Positions 37,136 to 44,914 of a DNA stretch of 64,000 nt are shown in pieces (position 1 is the stretch's first letter; the number at the start of each line of letters is the position of its first letter). The DNA lies in sequence record PQ306574.1, one strand, 5' to 3'. This stretch comes from Escherichia phage vB_EcoM_PTE-Eco09. A program made the position numbers and the translations under genes. The notes under the pieces are model-generated. The model saw nothing but the letters and a program-made list of their open reading frames with translations, did no database searches and was not told where the DNA came from.

Positions 37136-37405
37136 ATGGCGCTGACTAAAACCACTACCAACTTTGCAAAACGTCACGGCTTCGACCTTGAAATCAATAG
37201 CTTTAACGATTACACCCTTCTGTGTGTATATGAAATCGAAAATGATTGCGAGTGGATGTTCAGCTATCGCGTAAACGAAGACGGATCTTTCACTTGGAAC
37301 GGAAATATCTATCTTGCACAGGAAGTAAAAGAAGAACTACCGGCGACTATCAAAGATGAGAAGCATTTACGTCAAGTTTTAAAATTTATTTCTGAAAATA
37401 TCTAA
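37136..37405 (+). CDS. hypothetical protein (89 aa)
   Basis: ATG ORF behind promoter cassette. Confidence 0.5.
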   Translation: MALTKTTTNFAKRHGFDLEINSFNDYTLLCVYEIENDCEWMFSYRVNEDGSFTWNGNIYLAQEVKEELPATIKDEKHLRQVLKFISENI

Positions 37406-37413
37406 AAAAGTTG

Positions 37414-37442
37414 TTGACACCAAAGTAAGAACATAGCATAAT
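37414..37442 (+). promoter_or_regulatory. early promoter with conserved leader
   Basis: TTGACA-N17-CATAAT-ACACAC-ATACCGAAACGA. Confidence 0.5.
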
Positions 37443-37475
37443 ACACACATACCGAAACGAACTGGAGAATCAAAA

Positions 37476-37757
37476 ATGAAATTCATCAAAGCAACCGAAA
37501 TCCTGAAAAACAAAGAAGCATACATCGGAAACATCGTTGGTATGAACATTCGCGGCGCTGGTAGCCAGTGGACCAAACTGGTTGATGTTAAAGCTAAAGG
37601 CGATAAAATTGAGTTCACTGTAAAAATGCTTACTCATAACGCACATATGGGTATCAAGACAAAAACGATGGCAGCAGATAAAAGCATCAACTATCAGGAT
37701 CTGGGCGATTGGCTGAACTGGTGCAAAATACACAACATCGAAACTAATCACGAATAA
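37476..37757 (+). CDS. hypothetical protein (93 aa)
   Basis: ATG ORF behind promoter cassette. Confidence 0.5.
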   Translation: MKFIKATEILKNKEAYIGNIVGMNIRGAGSQWTKLVDVKAKGDKIEFTVKMLTHNAHMGIKTKTMAADKSINYQDLGDWLNWCKIHNIETNHE

Positions 37758-37771
37758 TTTTAAAAAAGTTG

Positions 37772-37800
37772 TTGACGGGGATCGGGAGATCCCCTATAAT
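37772..37800 (+). promoter_or_regulatory. PeSL-like element
   Basis: TTGACG-GGGATCGGGAGATCCCC-TATAAT; palindromic spacer. Confidence 0.55.
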
Positions 37801-37834
37801 GCACACATACCAACGAGATATAGGAGAATCAAAA

Positions 37835-38002
37835 ATGTTCCAGACTAAAGCAGAATGCGAAGCATATATCATTGAAACCCACGGCGAAGATTATCTGAAA
37901 TTTGACATTGTAGTAGCACAGAAGATTGTAGGGATGGTTGCGAAATACCTCGGAGTTAAAGAAGGTTACTATCCTAGCAACGCACCAGAAATTAACAAAT
38001 AA
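37835..38002 (+). CDS. hypothetical small protein (55 aa); second copy of ORF 34551-34718
   Basis: MFQTKAECEAYIIETHGEDYLKFDIVVAQKIVGMVAKYLGVKEGYYPSNAPEINK; 3 aa differences from first copy. Confidence 0.55.
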   Translation: MFQTKAECEAYIIETHGEDYLKFDIVVAQKIVGMVAKYLGVKEGYYPSNAPEINK

Positions 38003-38015
38003 TTTTATAAAAAGT

Positions 38016-38044
38016 GTTGACAGGGGAGGATAACTCCCCTACAA
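38016..38044 (+). promoter_or_regulatory. PeSL-like element
   Basis: TTGACA-GGGGAGGATAACTCCCC-TACAAT; then ACAACC-ATCAAGACGAGATACCACTTAGGAGAATCAAACAATG. Confidence 0.55.
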
Positions 38045-38085
38045 TACAACCATCAAGACGAGATACCACTTAGGAGAATCAAACA

Positions 38086-38337
38086 ATGGCTAACATCGAA
38101 ACCGCAAAGAAAATCGCTAAAGACCTGAACGTTAAAGGCTTCCGTAAACTGAAATTACAGCGTGTACGCTACACCATCGGCAAACAGTGCTCTTTCATGA
38201 GCGAAGAAGTTGCTAACAGCCTGATTGATAACCTGATTGCGGCTGGCTGGGAAGTTGCGGATCTGAAAACTTGCCGCGAACTGGCTAAAAAAGGTCTTTT
38301 AGATTCTGTTACTATCAAACCAATGGGGGCAGCGTGA
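38086..38337 (+). CDS. hypothetical protein (83 aa)
   Basis: ATG ORF behind PeSL; first codons MANIE shared with ORF 40214. Confidence 0.5.
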   Translation: MANIETAKKIAKDLNVKGFRKLKLQRVRYTIGKQCSFMSEEVANSLIDNLIAAGWEVADLKTCRELAKKGLLDSVTIKPMGAA

Positions 38338-38579
38338 AAAGAAAATTAATTAAACGCAATAAGGAATTTCTTAATAACTGCATTAAGGCCGCTAATGGTT
38401 GGCCTTTGTGCCTCTTCCTTTATGATTGGTATTCTAAACAATCAGTTGAGGAAGCACGACACTATAAGAAGATCAGAAAAGAATCACACACAAAACAAGG
38501 TCGCATTAACGGACTTTACTTAATGTGGCACGGTAAAGAACCGACTAAAATCTGTGCTGGGTTAAAGGGTCGTATATGA
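38334..38579 (+). CDS. hypothetical basic protein (81 aa); first gene of coupled four-gene module
   Basis: Start overlaps upstream stop; stop overlaps next start. Confidence 0.45.
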   Translation: MKRKLIKRNKEFLNNCIKAANGWPLCLFLYDWYSKQSVEEARHYKKIRKESHTKQGRINGLYLMWHGKEPTKICAGLKGRI

Positions 38580-39292
38580 AACAAAAATTAATATTCTGCA
38601 ACTTTGACGGATCGGGAATAATGGGGCTAGAATGGGCTAAAGCAGGTCATAAGGTAGTCTGCTTTAATGCGGATGACGCCGACCACGGTACATACAAAAA
38701 GTATAATACCAGATTTGAACATCCAAACATTACCTATGTAAACACATGGATTGATTTGAATTGGCTGGAAAGAGCAATGGACCTTGAATGGGGGAAACCG
38801 GATATTATCTTTGCATTCCCACCGTGCACCAATTTAGCTGTTAGTGGCGCTGCGCACTTTGAACGAAAGAAACTAGAACAAGGACCATTGATTCAAGTTC
38901 ATGATGTAAGGGCAGCTAAAATAACCGCTTATTTGGGTGAATGGCTAGGAGTTCCCTACATGATAGAGAATCCTGTAAGCGTTATCTCTAGTATGTGGCG
39001 TAAGCCTGATTACATGTTCCATCCGTGGGAATATGGCGGTTATTTGCCGGAAGATGATAAACATCCTACTTTTCCTGAGTATATCGCCGCCCGTGATATG
39101 TACCCGAAAAAGACTTGCTTATGGACCGGACAAGGCTTTATAATGCCAGAAAAGAAACCGTTGCAGATTAATAAAGGGTACAGTAAACAGCATTCTAAGC
39201 TAGGCGGGAAAGGAACGAAAACAAAGACTATCAGGTCACTTACCCCGCGAGGATTCGCAAAGGCAGTATTTGAAGCCAATAAGGATCTATGA
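38576..39292 (+). CDS. DNA C5-cytosine methyltransferase-like protein (minimal, 238 aa)
   Basis: Motif order and spacing of C5-MTase catalytic domain: FDGSGIMG (motif I-like), AFPPC (PCQ-like with Cys), IENPV (ENV-like); too short for a canonical target recognition domain. Confidence 0.45.
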   Translation: MKQKLIFCNFDGSGIMGLEWAKAGHKVVCFNADDADHGTYKKYNTRFEHPNITYVNTWIDLNWLERAMDLEWGKPDIIFAFPPCTNLAVSGAAHFERKKLEQGPLIQVHDVRAAKITAYLGEWLGVPYMIENPVSVISSMWRKPDYMFHPWEYGGYLPEDDKHPTFPEYIAARDMYPKKTCLWTGQGFIMPEKKPLQINKGYSKQHSKLGGKGTKTKTIRSLTPRGFAKAVFEANKDL

Positions 39293-39621
39293 TGAGATTG
39301 TTTAAGTATTCGCTAACGTCAAATTACGATAAACAAGGTCATTGCATCCGTTGCCCTGATTGTCATAGCCATAACATCGAAAGCAAGATCACCGATCATA
39401 TTGATGGACTTTGGTCGCCAGCAAGTGAAATAGAATACTATTGCGCTGATTGTGGAATTGTAGTAGCATATTGGGCATACGGATCATATGATCCATACTT
39501 CCAGATGGGAGAGCGTTCAATCCCTGCGCTTATCTGGAGAATTAAGAACAATATCCGGCATTCATGGGATGAGTTCTTAAAAGATATTGATTTACGTGAT
39601 GACCCATTCAGGAGACTATAA
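39289..39621 (+). CDS. zinc-ribbon protein (110 aa)
   Basis: CIRCPDC … CADCG four-cysteine arrangement; overlapping start with upstream stop. Confidence 0.45.
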   Translation: MMRLFKYSLTSNYDKQGHCIRCPDCHSHNIESKITDHIDGLWSPASEIEYYCADCGIVVAYWAYGSYDPYFQMGERSIPALIWRIKNNIRHSWDEFLKDIDLRDDPFRRL

Positions 39622-39622
39622 C

Positions 39623-40141
39623 ATGAACCGTTTAACGCCTAAACGCCGTTACTATACCAATACTAAAAACTTTGTCATCTCTGTTTATGATGCATGGTTA
39701 GAAGATGGCTATATCAACATGAACCCAGATTATCAGCGTCCTTTAGTATGGGACACCGAAAACAAACGTATGTTTATTGAAAACCTGATTAATGATTTTC
39801 CGGTTGGTGCTATCGCAATGGCTAAGATTGATGATGGCTCTCGCTATGAGATCGAAATCGTGGACGGTAAACAGCGTTTAAACGCAATATTCTCCTTTAT
39901 GAAGGATGAGTTTAGCATTGCTTGTAATGATGATTCTATGTTGTATTACAGTGATTTTACGCCAGCAGAAAAGCGACGTTTCCGAAATCTCGGACTACCC
40001 GCGATCATGATGGAAGAGAGCACACGAGAAGACCGATTAGAGTATTTCTACAAAACAAACTTTTTCGGTGTACCTCAATCGGAAGAACATCGCCAGCATG
40101 TGATTGCATTATTGCAAGATGAACAATTAAAAAATAACTAA
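39623..40141 (+). CDS. DUF262 / ParB-like domain protein (about 172 aa) without nuclease domain
   Basis: DYQRPLVW and EIVDGKQRLNAI resemble DUF262 signatures (FQRxxVW, DGQQR) of GmrSD-type N-terminal domains; start at ATG after GGAG. Confidence 0.45.
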   Translation: MNRLTPKRRYYTNTKNFVISVYDAWLEDGYINMNPDYQRPLVWDTENKRMFIENLINDFPVGAIAMAKIDDGSRYEIEIVDGKQRLNAIFSFMKDEFSIACNDDSMLYYSDFTPAEKRRFRNLGLPAIMMEESTREDRLEYFYKTNFFGVPQSEEHRQHVIALLQDEQLKNN

Positions 40142-40148
40142 AAAGTTG

Positions 40149-40177
40149 TTGACAGGGGATCGGTGATCCCCTATAAT
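40149..40177 (+). promoter_or_regulatory. PeSL-like element
   Basis: TTGACA-GGGGATCGGTGATCCCC-TATAAT; same spacer palindrome as at 34100. Confidence 0.55.
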
Positions 40178-40213
40178 GCACACATACCGAAACGAACTAC
40201 TAAGGAGTATCAA

Positions 40214-40426
40214 ATGGCTAACATCGAAATCATCATTACCGACGTAACTTATGACCGCATTAACGAAATCGGTACTGCATTACTGGAAGATGGAACAACT
40301 CGTACCATCAACTACGCAGAATACGTTGAAATGCGTGGTTGTATTAAACGAGTAGGAAAATATATCCTGATTGAAAAAGACTATTCAGGATACACCTTAG
40401 AGCAATTGCTTGATGGTGCATTATAA
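40214..40426 (+). CDS. hypothetical protein (70 aa)
   Basis: ATG ORF (MANIEIIITDV…) behind PeSL. Confidence 0.5.
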   Translation: MANIEIIITDVTYDRINEIGTALLEDGTTRTINYAEYVEMRGCIKRVGKYILIEKDYSGYTLEQLLDGAL

Positions 40427-40432
40427 TAAAAA

Positions 40433-40452
40433 GGGGCGTTAAGCCCCGTTTT
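40433..40452 (+). terminator. terminator-like hairpin
   Basis: GGGGC-GTTAA-GCCCC then GTTTTC; same hairpin as at 36653. Confidence 0.5.
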
Positions 40453-40493
40453 CATAAATATAGGTTTATAGGTTATCAACTAGAGGATATAAA

Positions 40494-42545
40494 ATGTTTA
40501 ACTTAGAAATCGACGATCTAATGATTGAATCTTTCGAGAAATGGCTGTTGACGGAAGAGGAAGAAAACTTTGGCAGTATTGCTCCTGTACAGTGCTTAAA
40601 GCCTAAGCAGAATCCTAAACAGCTTTTTGCAGTACAGACACGCGATAAAGATGTGATTGTCCGTCTTTGCAACTTCACCAACAAAACACCTAAAATCATT
40701 CGTATGGGTGACAAGACCGCACATGTTGTACTGTGCGAAATGAACAAAAGCGGTCGTATTGTACAGCTTAAAAATGGTCTAGGCGATAACCCGATTGCAG
40801 TTATGTCAAGTGCTTTTGATGTGGTTATGGAAACAGCCCGTAAAGCGCAATTAGACGCTGTTATGTTCCGTTTTAACGTATCCCGCATGAAAGGTAAGAC
40901 CGAACTGGTTAAGCGCGTTATAGAGCGTTTGGTGCGTCGTACACCGAAGTTTGAAGTATTCCAGCAGGAAGTAATGACCAGCAAAAAGATCGCTTTAGTT
41001 GTTGTCAAGCGTCGCGGTATGGCGATTGATAAGATTAAAGGGATTAAACTTGATGATTCCTTGTTCACTAAAGTAGAAAGTGATTTAGGTGATCGCTGGG
41101 TATCTAAGGCTACTGGTGAATCTCTGACTAAAGATGAGGCATATGCGGCTAGTCTTGTGTCAGAAGAAGAACGAAACGCGGAAGCGGAACAACGCGTAGC
41201 GGCTAAATCTCGTTTGACTAAAGAAGAAATGCTGAAAACTCAAGCGACCTATAACAGCGACTATGTGAATCATCCAGAAAAAATTAATCTTAAACCGGAA
41301 GAAGATATCACCGAAGCCGAACCTAAGAAACAGTTTAATACTCTGATTGATCGTCAAGCCTTAGAACGTTCAACCGCCCGTTCTCTGAATGACTGGACAA
41401 GTGATATTATCACTCGCTATGGTTTCATGCGTACTATTTTTGAAAGCGAAGCCGATGCAAAATACGCAGTAAGCGAACTGGTAAAAGTTCAGGATCAATA
41501 TGATCCGTTGTCTGCGGAAGTTATCGCAGCATCAATCAAACGCTTAAAAGAAATCATGAGCGAGGAAGTATTCGAAAACAAGATCACCGCCCGGGCAATG
41601 GATCGAGTAGACCAGTCTATGCCAGCAGATGTAAAAGCTGAAATGCTGCGTAGTCATATCACCCAGATTAAAACCGATGCCCTACGTAATGTTGCGTCCG
41701 GTATGTTTGAAGCAATTGCTAGCAACATGGGTGAAATGATGGCAGATATTGATCTTGATCTGCCAGGCGCGGAAGGTTTTGTGTTGAGCGAATATGCCGA
41801 TGCAGCATACATCAATATGAACAACTTCCTAACTGATCGTAAGCTGGAAGAGTTTGAAGGCATCGCAGATCCAGAAGAATTGGTCAAGATGTGCGATGCA
41901 CTGGATAATGCCTTCTCCAACTATGGCGTTAAACTTGATCCGGGTACTATTCTGTATCGTGGTATGGACTTCCGGTCGCAAATGTGGGAAACTGCACGTA
42001 AGCAAAAAGCGTTTTACTTTAAAAACTATGTGAGCACTTCCCTTGCACCTAACATTTTTGGCGGCTGGAATGCAAACGTGGCTAGTGCCGTTGCTGGTGT
42101 TGATTCTATGGCTGGCTCTCGCGGTGAAGGTGGCGCTAATGTTGCTTTCTCCATTGCTGGCGCGGAAAACATCCCTGTATTGCCAGTAGGTAACAAAGCA
42201 TTTGCTTACAAAGAATGCGAGATTTTACTTCCTCGCGGTGTTGTGTTATCCTTTGATACGGTAACTCGTGCTACGGCATCGACGGATTCACAAGAAACTT
42301 ATTACATTGAGGCACATATTATGAACAAAAATGAACTGGCAGCATTACAAGAATCTGGCGAGATGATCGCGGACGGTGATGCATTCATCCGTGAAGGTGT
42401 TATTAAACCTGCTTCTGACCTGTCTTTCTCCAGCTTTATTACCGAAGCTAAAACCGAACGTAAGAAAGCAGATAAGGCAACTCTACGTCAGCTTATCGCT
42501 GATCTGGTATCTGTAGACGCAATGCCAGATAAATTTAAAATGTAA
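40494..42545 (+). CDS. alt: ADP-ribosyltransferase Alt
   Basis: 683 aa, essentially the T4 Alt length; shared blocks (LFTKVES-GD…TKDEA-AAS); R-S-E ART motifs (LYRG, STS, ECEILLPRG). Confidence 0.8.
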   Translation: MFNLEIDDLMIESFEKWLLTEEEENFGSIAPVQCLKPKQNPKQLFAVQTRDKDVIVRLCNFTNKTPKIIRMGDKTAHVVLCEMNKSGRIVQLKNGLGDNPIAVMSSAFDVVMETARKAQLDAVMFRFNVSRMKGKTELVKRVIERLVRRTPKFEVFQQEVMTSKKIALVVVKRRGMAIDKIKGIKLDDSLFTKVESDLGDRWVSKATGESLTKDEAYAASLVSEEERNAEAEQRVAAKSRLTKEEMLKTQATYNSDYVNHPEKINLKPEEDITEAEPKKQFNTLIDRQALERSTARSLNDWTSDIITRYGFMRTIFESEADAKYAVSELVKVQDQYDPLSAEVIAASIKRLKEIMSEEVFENKITARAMDRVDQSMPADVKAEMLRSHITQIKTDALRNVASGMFEAIASNMGEMMADIDLDLPGAEGFVLSEYADAAYINMNNFLTDRKLEEFEGIADPEELVKMCDALDNAFSNYGVKLDPGTILYRGMDFRSQMWETARKQKAFYFKNYVSTSLAPNIFGGWNANVASAVAGVDSMAGSRGEGGANVAFSIAGAENIPVLPVGNKAFAYKECEILLPRGVVLSFDTVTRATASTDSQETYYIEAHIMNKNELAALQESGEMIADGDAFIREGVIKPASDLSFSSFITEAKTERKKADKATLRQLIADLVSVDAMPDKFKM

Positions 42546-42561
42546 TTTTAAGAAATAATGG

Positions 42562-42602
42562 TTGACTCAAACGGGGACTAGTTTTATACTAGCCCCGTTT
42601 TC
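42562..42602 (+). promoter_or_regulatory. PeSL-like element that also looks like a terminator for alt
   Basis: TTGACT-N17-TATACT; inverted repeat AACGGGGACTAGT/ACTAGCCCCGTT enclosing -10, followed by TTTT. Confidence 0.5.
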
Positions 42603-42622
42603 TGTTATATGGGAGGCTTAAA

Positions 42623-43447
42623 ATGTTCAAGAAATTACAGGATTTTCGTATTTCAGAAGAATCACGCGAATCAATGATGGAACGTATGGATAATTACATC
42701 GAAACATATGACATTGAGGGGATTAATGGTTACATGATCACTGAGATGATCAGTGATCAGATTAACTTTGATGATTATGTGAAGGTTATCCGCTTCCTTG
42801 AGCGCGAGACACAAGATTATGGATTTGTCAAGAAAATCATTAATGTGATGTATGAAGTACACTCCGAAGAATTTGGAGATAATGTATTCAAACATTACAA
42901 ACATAACAACATAACCCCAGCAGAATATAATGCAATCTGTGATTATGTGTCTGAACAATACGAATGGGTAAATGGTGCTCTCTTAGGGGAAGAAGACATG
43001 ACCGATGAGATATCAGAGATTGTCGATTTGATGGATTGCGTCATGGATAAAACCGAAAAGTTAAACGGTACTCTTTATCGAGGTCAACATCTTGACATTC
43101 AGACAATAGAGCGTATCATTGAAGATAAGGAGTTTACCTTTAAAAACTTTGTATCTACCAGCATGACACCGATCATATTTGGAGGATGGCTATCAAACAG
43201 CACTAGCCTTTATTGTGAGAATCGATATGAATCAATGACCGGAAAGATGCAACATTCTTGTAATGTATCATGGGTAATTGACGTAAAAGATCATAAAGGT
43301 TTTGTTGTTGGGTCAATTGCATGGAACCCTTGCGAATGTGAAGTAATTTTACCGCGAGGGACTTGCGTCAAGGTAAACGACGTAGTAGAATCTTTCGGCG
43401 ATGAGAATCGTAGACAATTTACAATTTTCGGTGAGGTGACTAAATGA
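42623..43447 (+). CDS. second ADP-ribosyltransferase (Alt/Mod-like paralog, 274 aa)
   Basis: R-S-E motifs: TLYRGQ, FKNFVSTSMTP (compare Alt FKNYVSTSLAP), ECEVILPRG. Confidence 0.6.
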   Translation: MFKKLQDFRISEESRESMMERMDNYIETYDIEGINGYMITEMISDQINFDDYVKVIRFLERETQDYGFVKKIINVMYEVHSEEFGDNVFKHYKHNNITPAEYNAICDYVSEQYEWVNGALLGEEDMTDEISEIVDLMDCVMDKTEKLNGTLYRGQHLDIQTIERIIEDKEFTFKNFVSTSMTPIIFGGWLSNSTSLYCENRYESMTGKMQHSCNVSWVIDVKDHKGFVVGSIAWNPCECEVILPRGTCVKVNDVVESFGDENRRQFTIFGEVTK

Positions 43448-43956
43448 AAATGATTAAACTGATTGGTCTTGCGGCTTTGGTTGCTATGCTTAATGGGTGC
43501 GCTGTACATGAACTGGCACTGGCATCTAAGAATACACACGAGTTTGTACGGTCATGTGAACGATGGCAGAAAGAGTCACGTTTTCCATTTAATAGCGTTG
43601 AAGATTGCGTGATTGACTACCTTGAAAAGAAAGACGCCTCATTACAGCGTTTAGGTCGTCAACCGGAATCAGCAGAACAGATCGCAAAGATTAAGGCAGA
43701 TAAAGAAGCAGAGAAGAAACGCATTTACGAATATTATTATGGTCGTGAAAATTCAATTGAAGAAATGAATCGCAAAGCAATGGAAGATGCCGACCGTCGT
43801 AGACAATTTGGAGTATGTGTAATCGGGACGGAAGCAGCATATCAAGATGATCTTAATAGTGCGTATGATAACGGAGACTACGAAAAAGTTAAAATGCTGC
43901 GGTCTAAAGAATACCGTTATAAGCTACGTAAACAATGCGAACAGTTATTAAAATAA
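43444..43956 (+). CDS. predicted lipoprotein (170 aa)
   Basis: Signal peptide with lipobox (LVAMLNGC); start overlaps ART stop (ATGA). Confidence 0.55.
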   Translation: MKMIKLIGLAALVAMLNGCAVHELALASKNTHEFVRSCERWQKESRFPFNSVEDCVIDYLEKKDASLQRLGRQPESAEQIAKIKADKEAEKKRIYEYYYGRENSIEEMNRKAMEDADRRRQFGVCVIGTEAAYQDDLNSAYDNGDYEKVKMLRSKEYRYKLRKQCEQLLK

Positions 43957-43983
43957 TAAAAGGGGGTATAATCCCCCTTTACA
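43957..43983. terminator. bidirectional terminator between convergent genes
   Basis: AAAAGGGGG-TATAAT-CCCCCTTT. Confidence 0.55.
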
Positions 43984-43984
43984 T

Positions 43985-44914
43985 TTAGAATAACCTAGTA
44001 ATAGAGTTGACTATCCTACCACCAACACCCTGTAATCTTGACAATGCACTACCAGCAAAGGTCAACGAACTTTTTTTACCCTCACCAACAGTATTTTGAA
44101 TAAGATTTATTGCCTTATCCTCAATCCATTCTCGCGCGGCTTGCTCTCCTACTGCACCAGTTTGCATAGAACGATATGCGAAAGTAACATCGAATGTTGT
44201 GATCTCGTTGTTATTTTCATAACTCAATTCAGGAGAACTAACACCAACTGGAATACATCCACTAAACATCATAATTGTATGTGGTACACCCATTCGGTTA
44301 TGTAAGTTAACCTGAATATCGGCTTCAACGTCAACAGGAAGCGCACGAAGCCCTGTAACGGGGTCTTCTACTGAGTTAACCCAATCCTGCATCGCACGGT
44401 AATTTGATGCGCTAGCGTCCATTCTAAAGCTCAACACAATCGGATCAAAATCACGTCCGGTAATTCGAATGTTTGGCGCATTGTGGTTACGGTCCATTTC
44501 ATAATTCAATCTGTTTTCTGGAACCTTAACAGCATACACCAGAAGACCGCTTGTCTTATATGCCATATTGAACCAATCCATGACATATGTACCAACTTCA
44601 AATTGCCCCAAAAGAGATTGAACTACTCGTGATGACATTGCACCCAACAAATATTTTTTAACACCGGACGAGCTAACAGCTTTACGCACACCACCAATAG
44701 CAAGATTTGCTACCGCGTCAGTATAATCCCCACGAGTAATACCAAAATAATCATTTAGTTTACCTGGTATAATATCATATACAGCACCACCAAAATTTTC
44801 TAGAATTTGCTGCGTCTTGCTACTAGGAACGGTGGCAAACGCCACCGAAAATAGATTAGAACGCTGGAAGTCTAGATTAGCGGCTTGTTCATTGAAATCG
44901 TTTAAATCAAACAT
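43985..44914 (-). CDS. 54: baseplate tail-tube initiator gp54
   Basis: 309 aa; assignment by size and synteny (first of six-gene baseplate block next to alt). Confidence 0.65.
   Translation of the reverse strand: MFDLNDFNEQAANLDFQRSNLFSVAFATVPSSKTQQILENFGGAVYDIIPGKLNDYFGITRGDYTDAVANLAIGGVRKAVSSSGVKKYLLGAMSSRVVQSLLGQFEVGTYVMDWFNMAYKTSGLLVYAVKVPENRLNYEMDRNHNAPNIRITGRDFDPIVLSFRMDASASNYRAMQDWVNSVEDPVTGLRALPVDVEADIQVNLHNRMGVPHTIMMFSGCIPVGVSSPELSYENNNEITTFDVTFAYRSMQTGAVGEQAAREWIEDKAINLIQNTVGEGKKSSLTFAGSALSRLQGVGGRIVNSITRLF

Noticed and set aside
34094-40177. CRISPR array suggested by regularly recurring GGGGATC…GATCCCC-type repeats
   Set aside because: Repeats are promoter-associated palindromes with variable sequence and spacing, each followed by an SD and an ORF; not uniform direct repeats with unique spacers.
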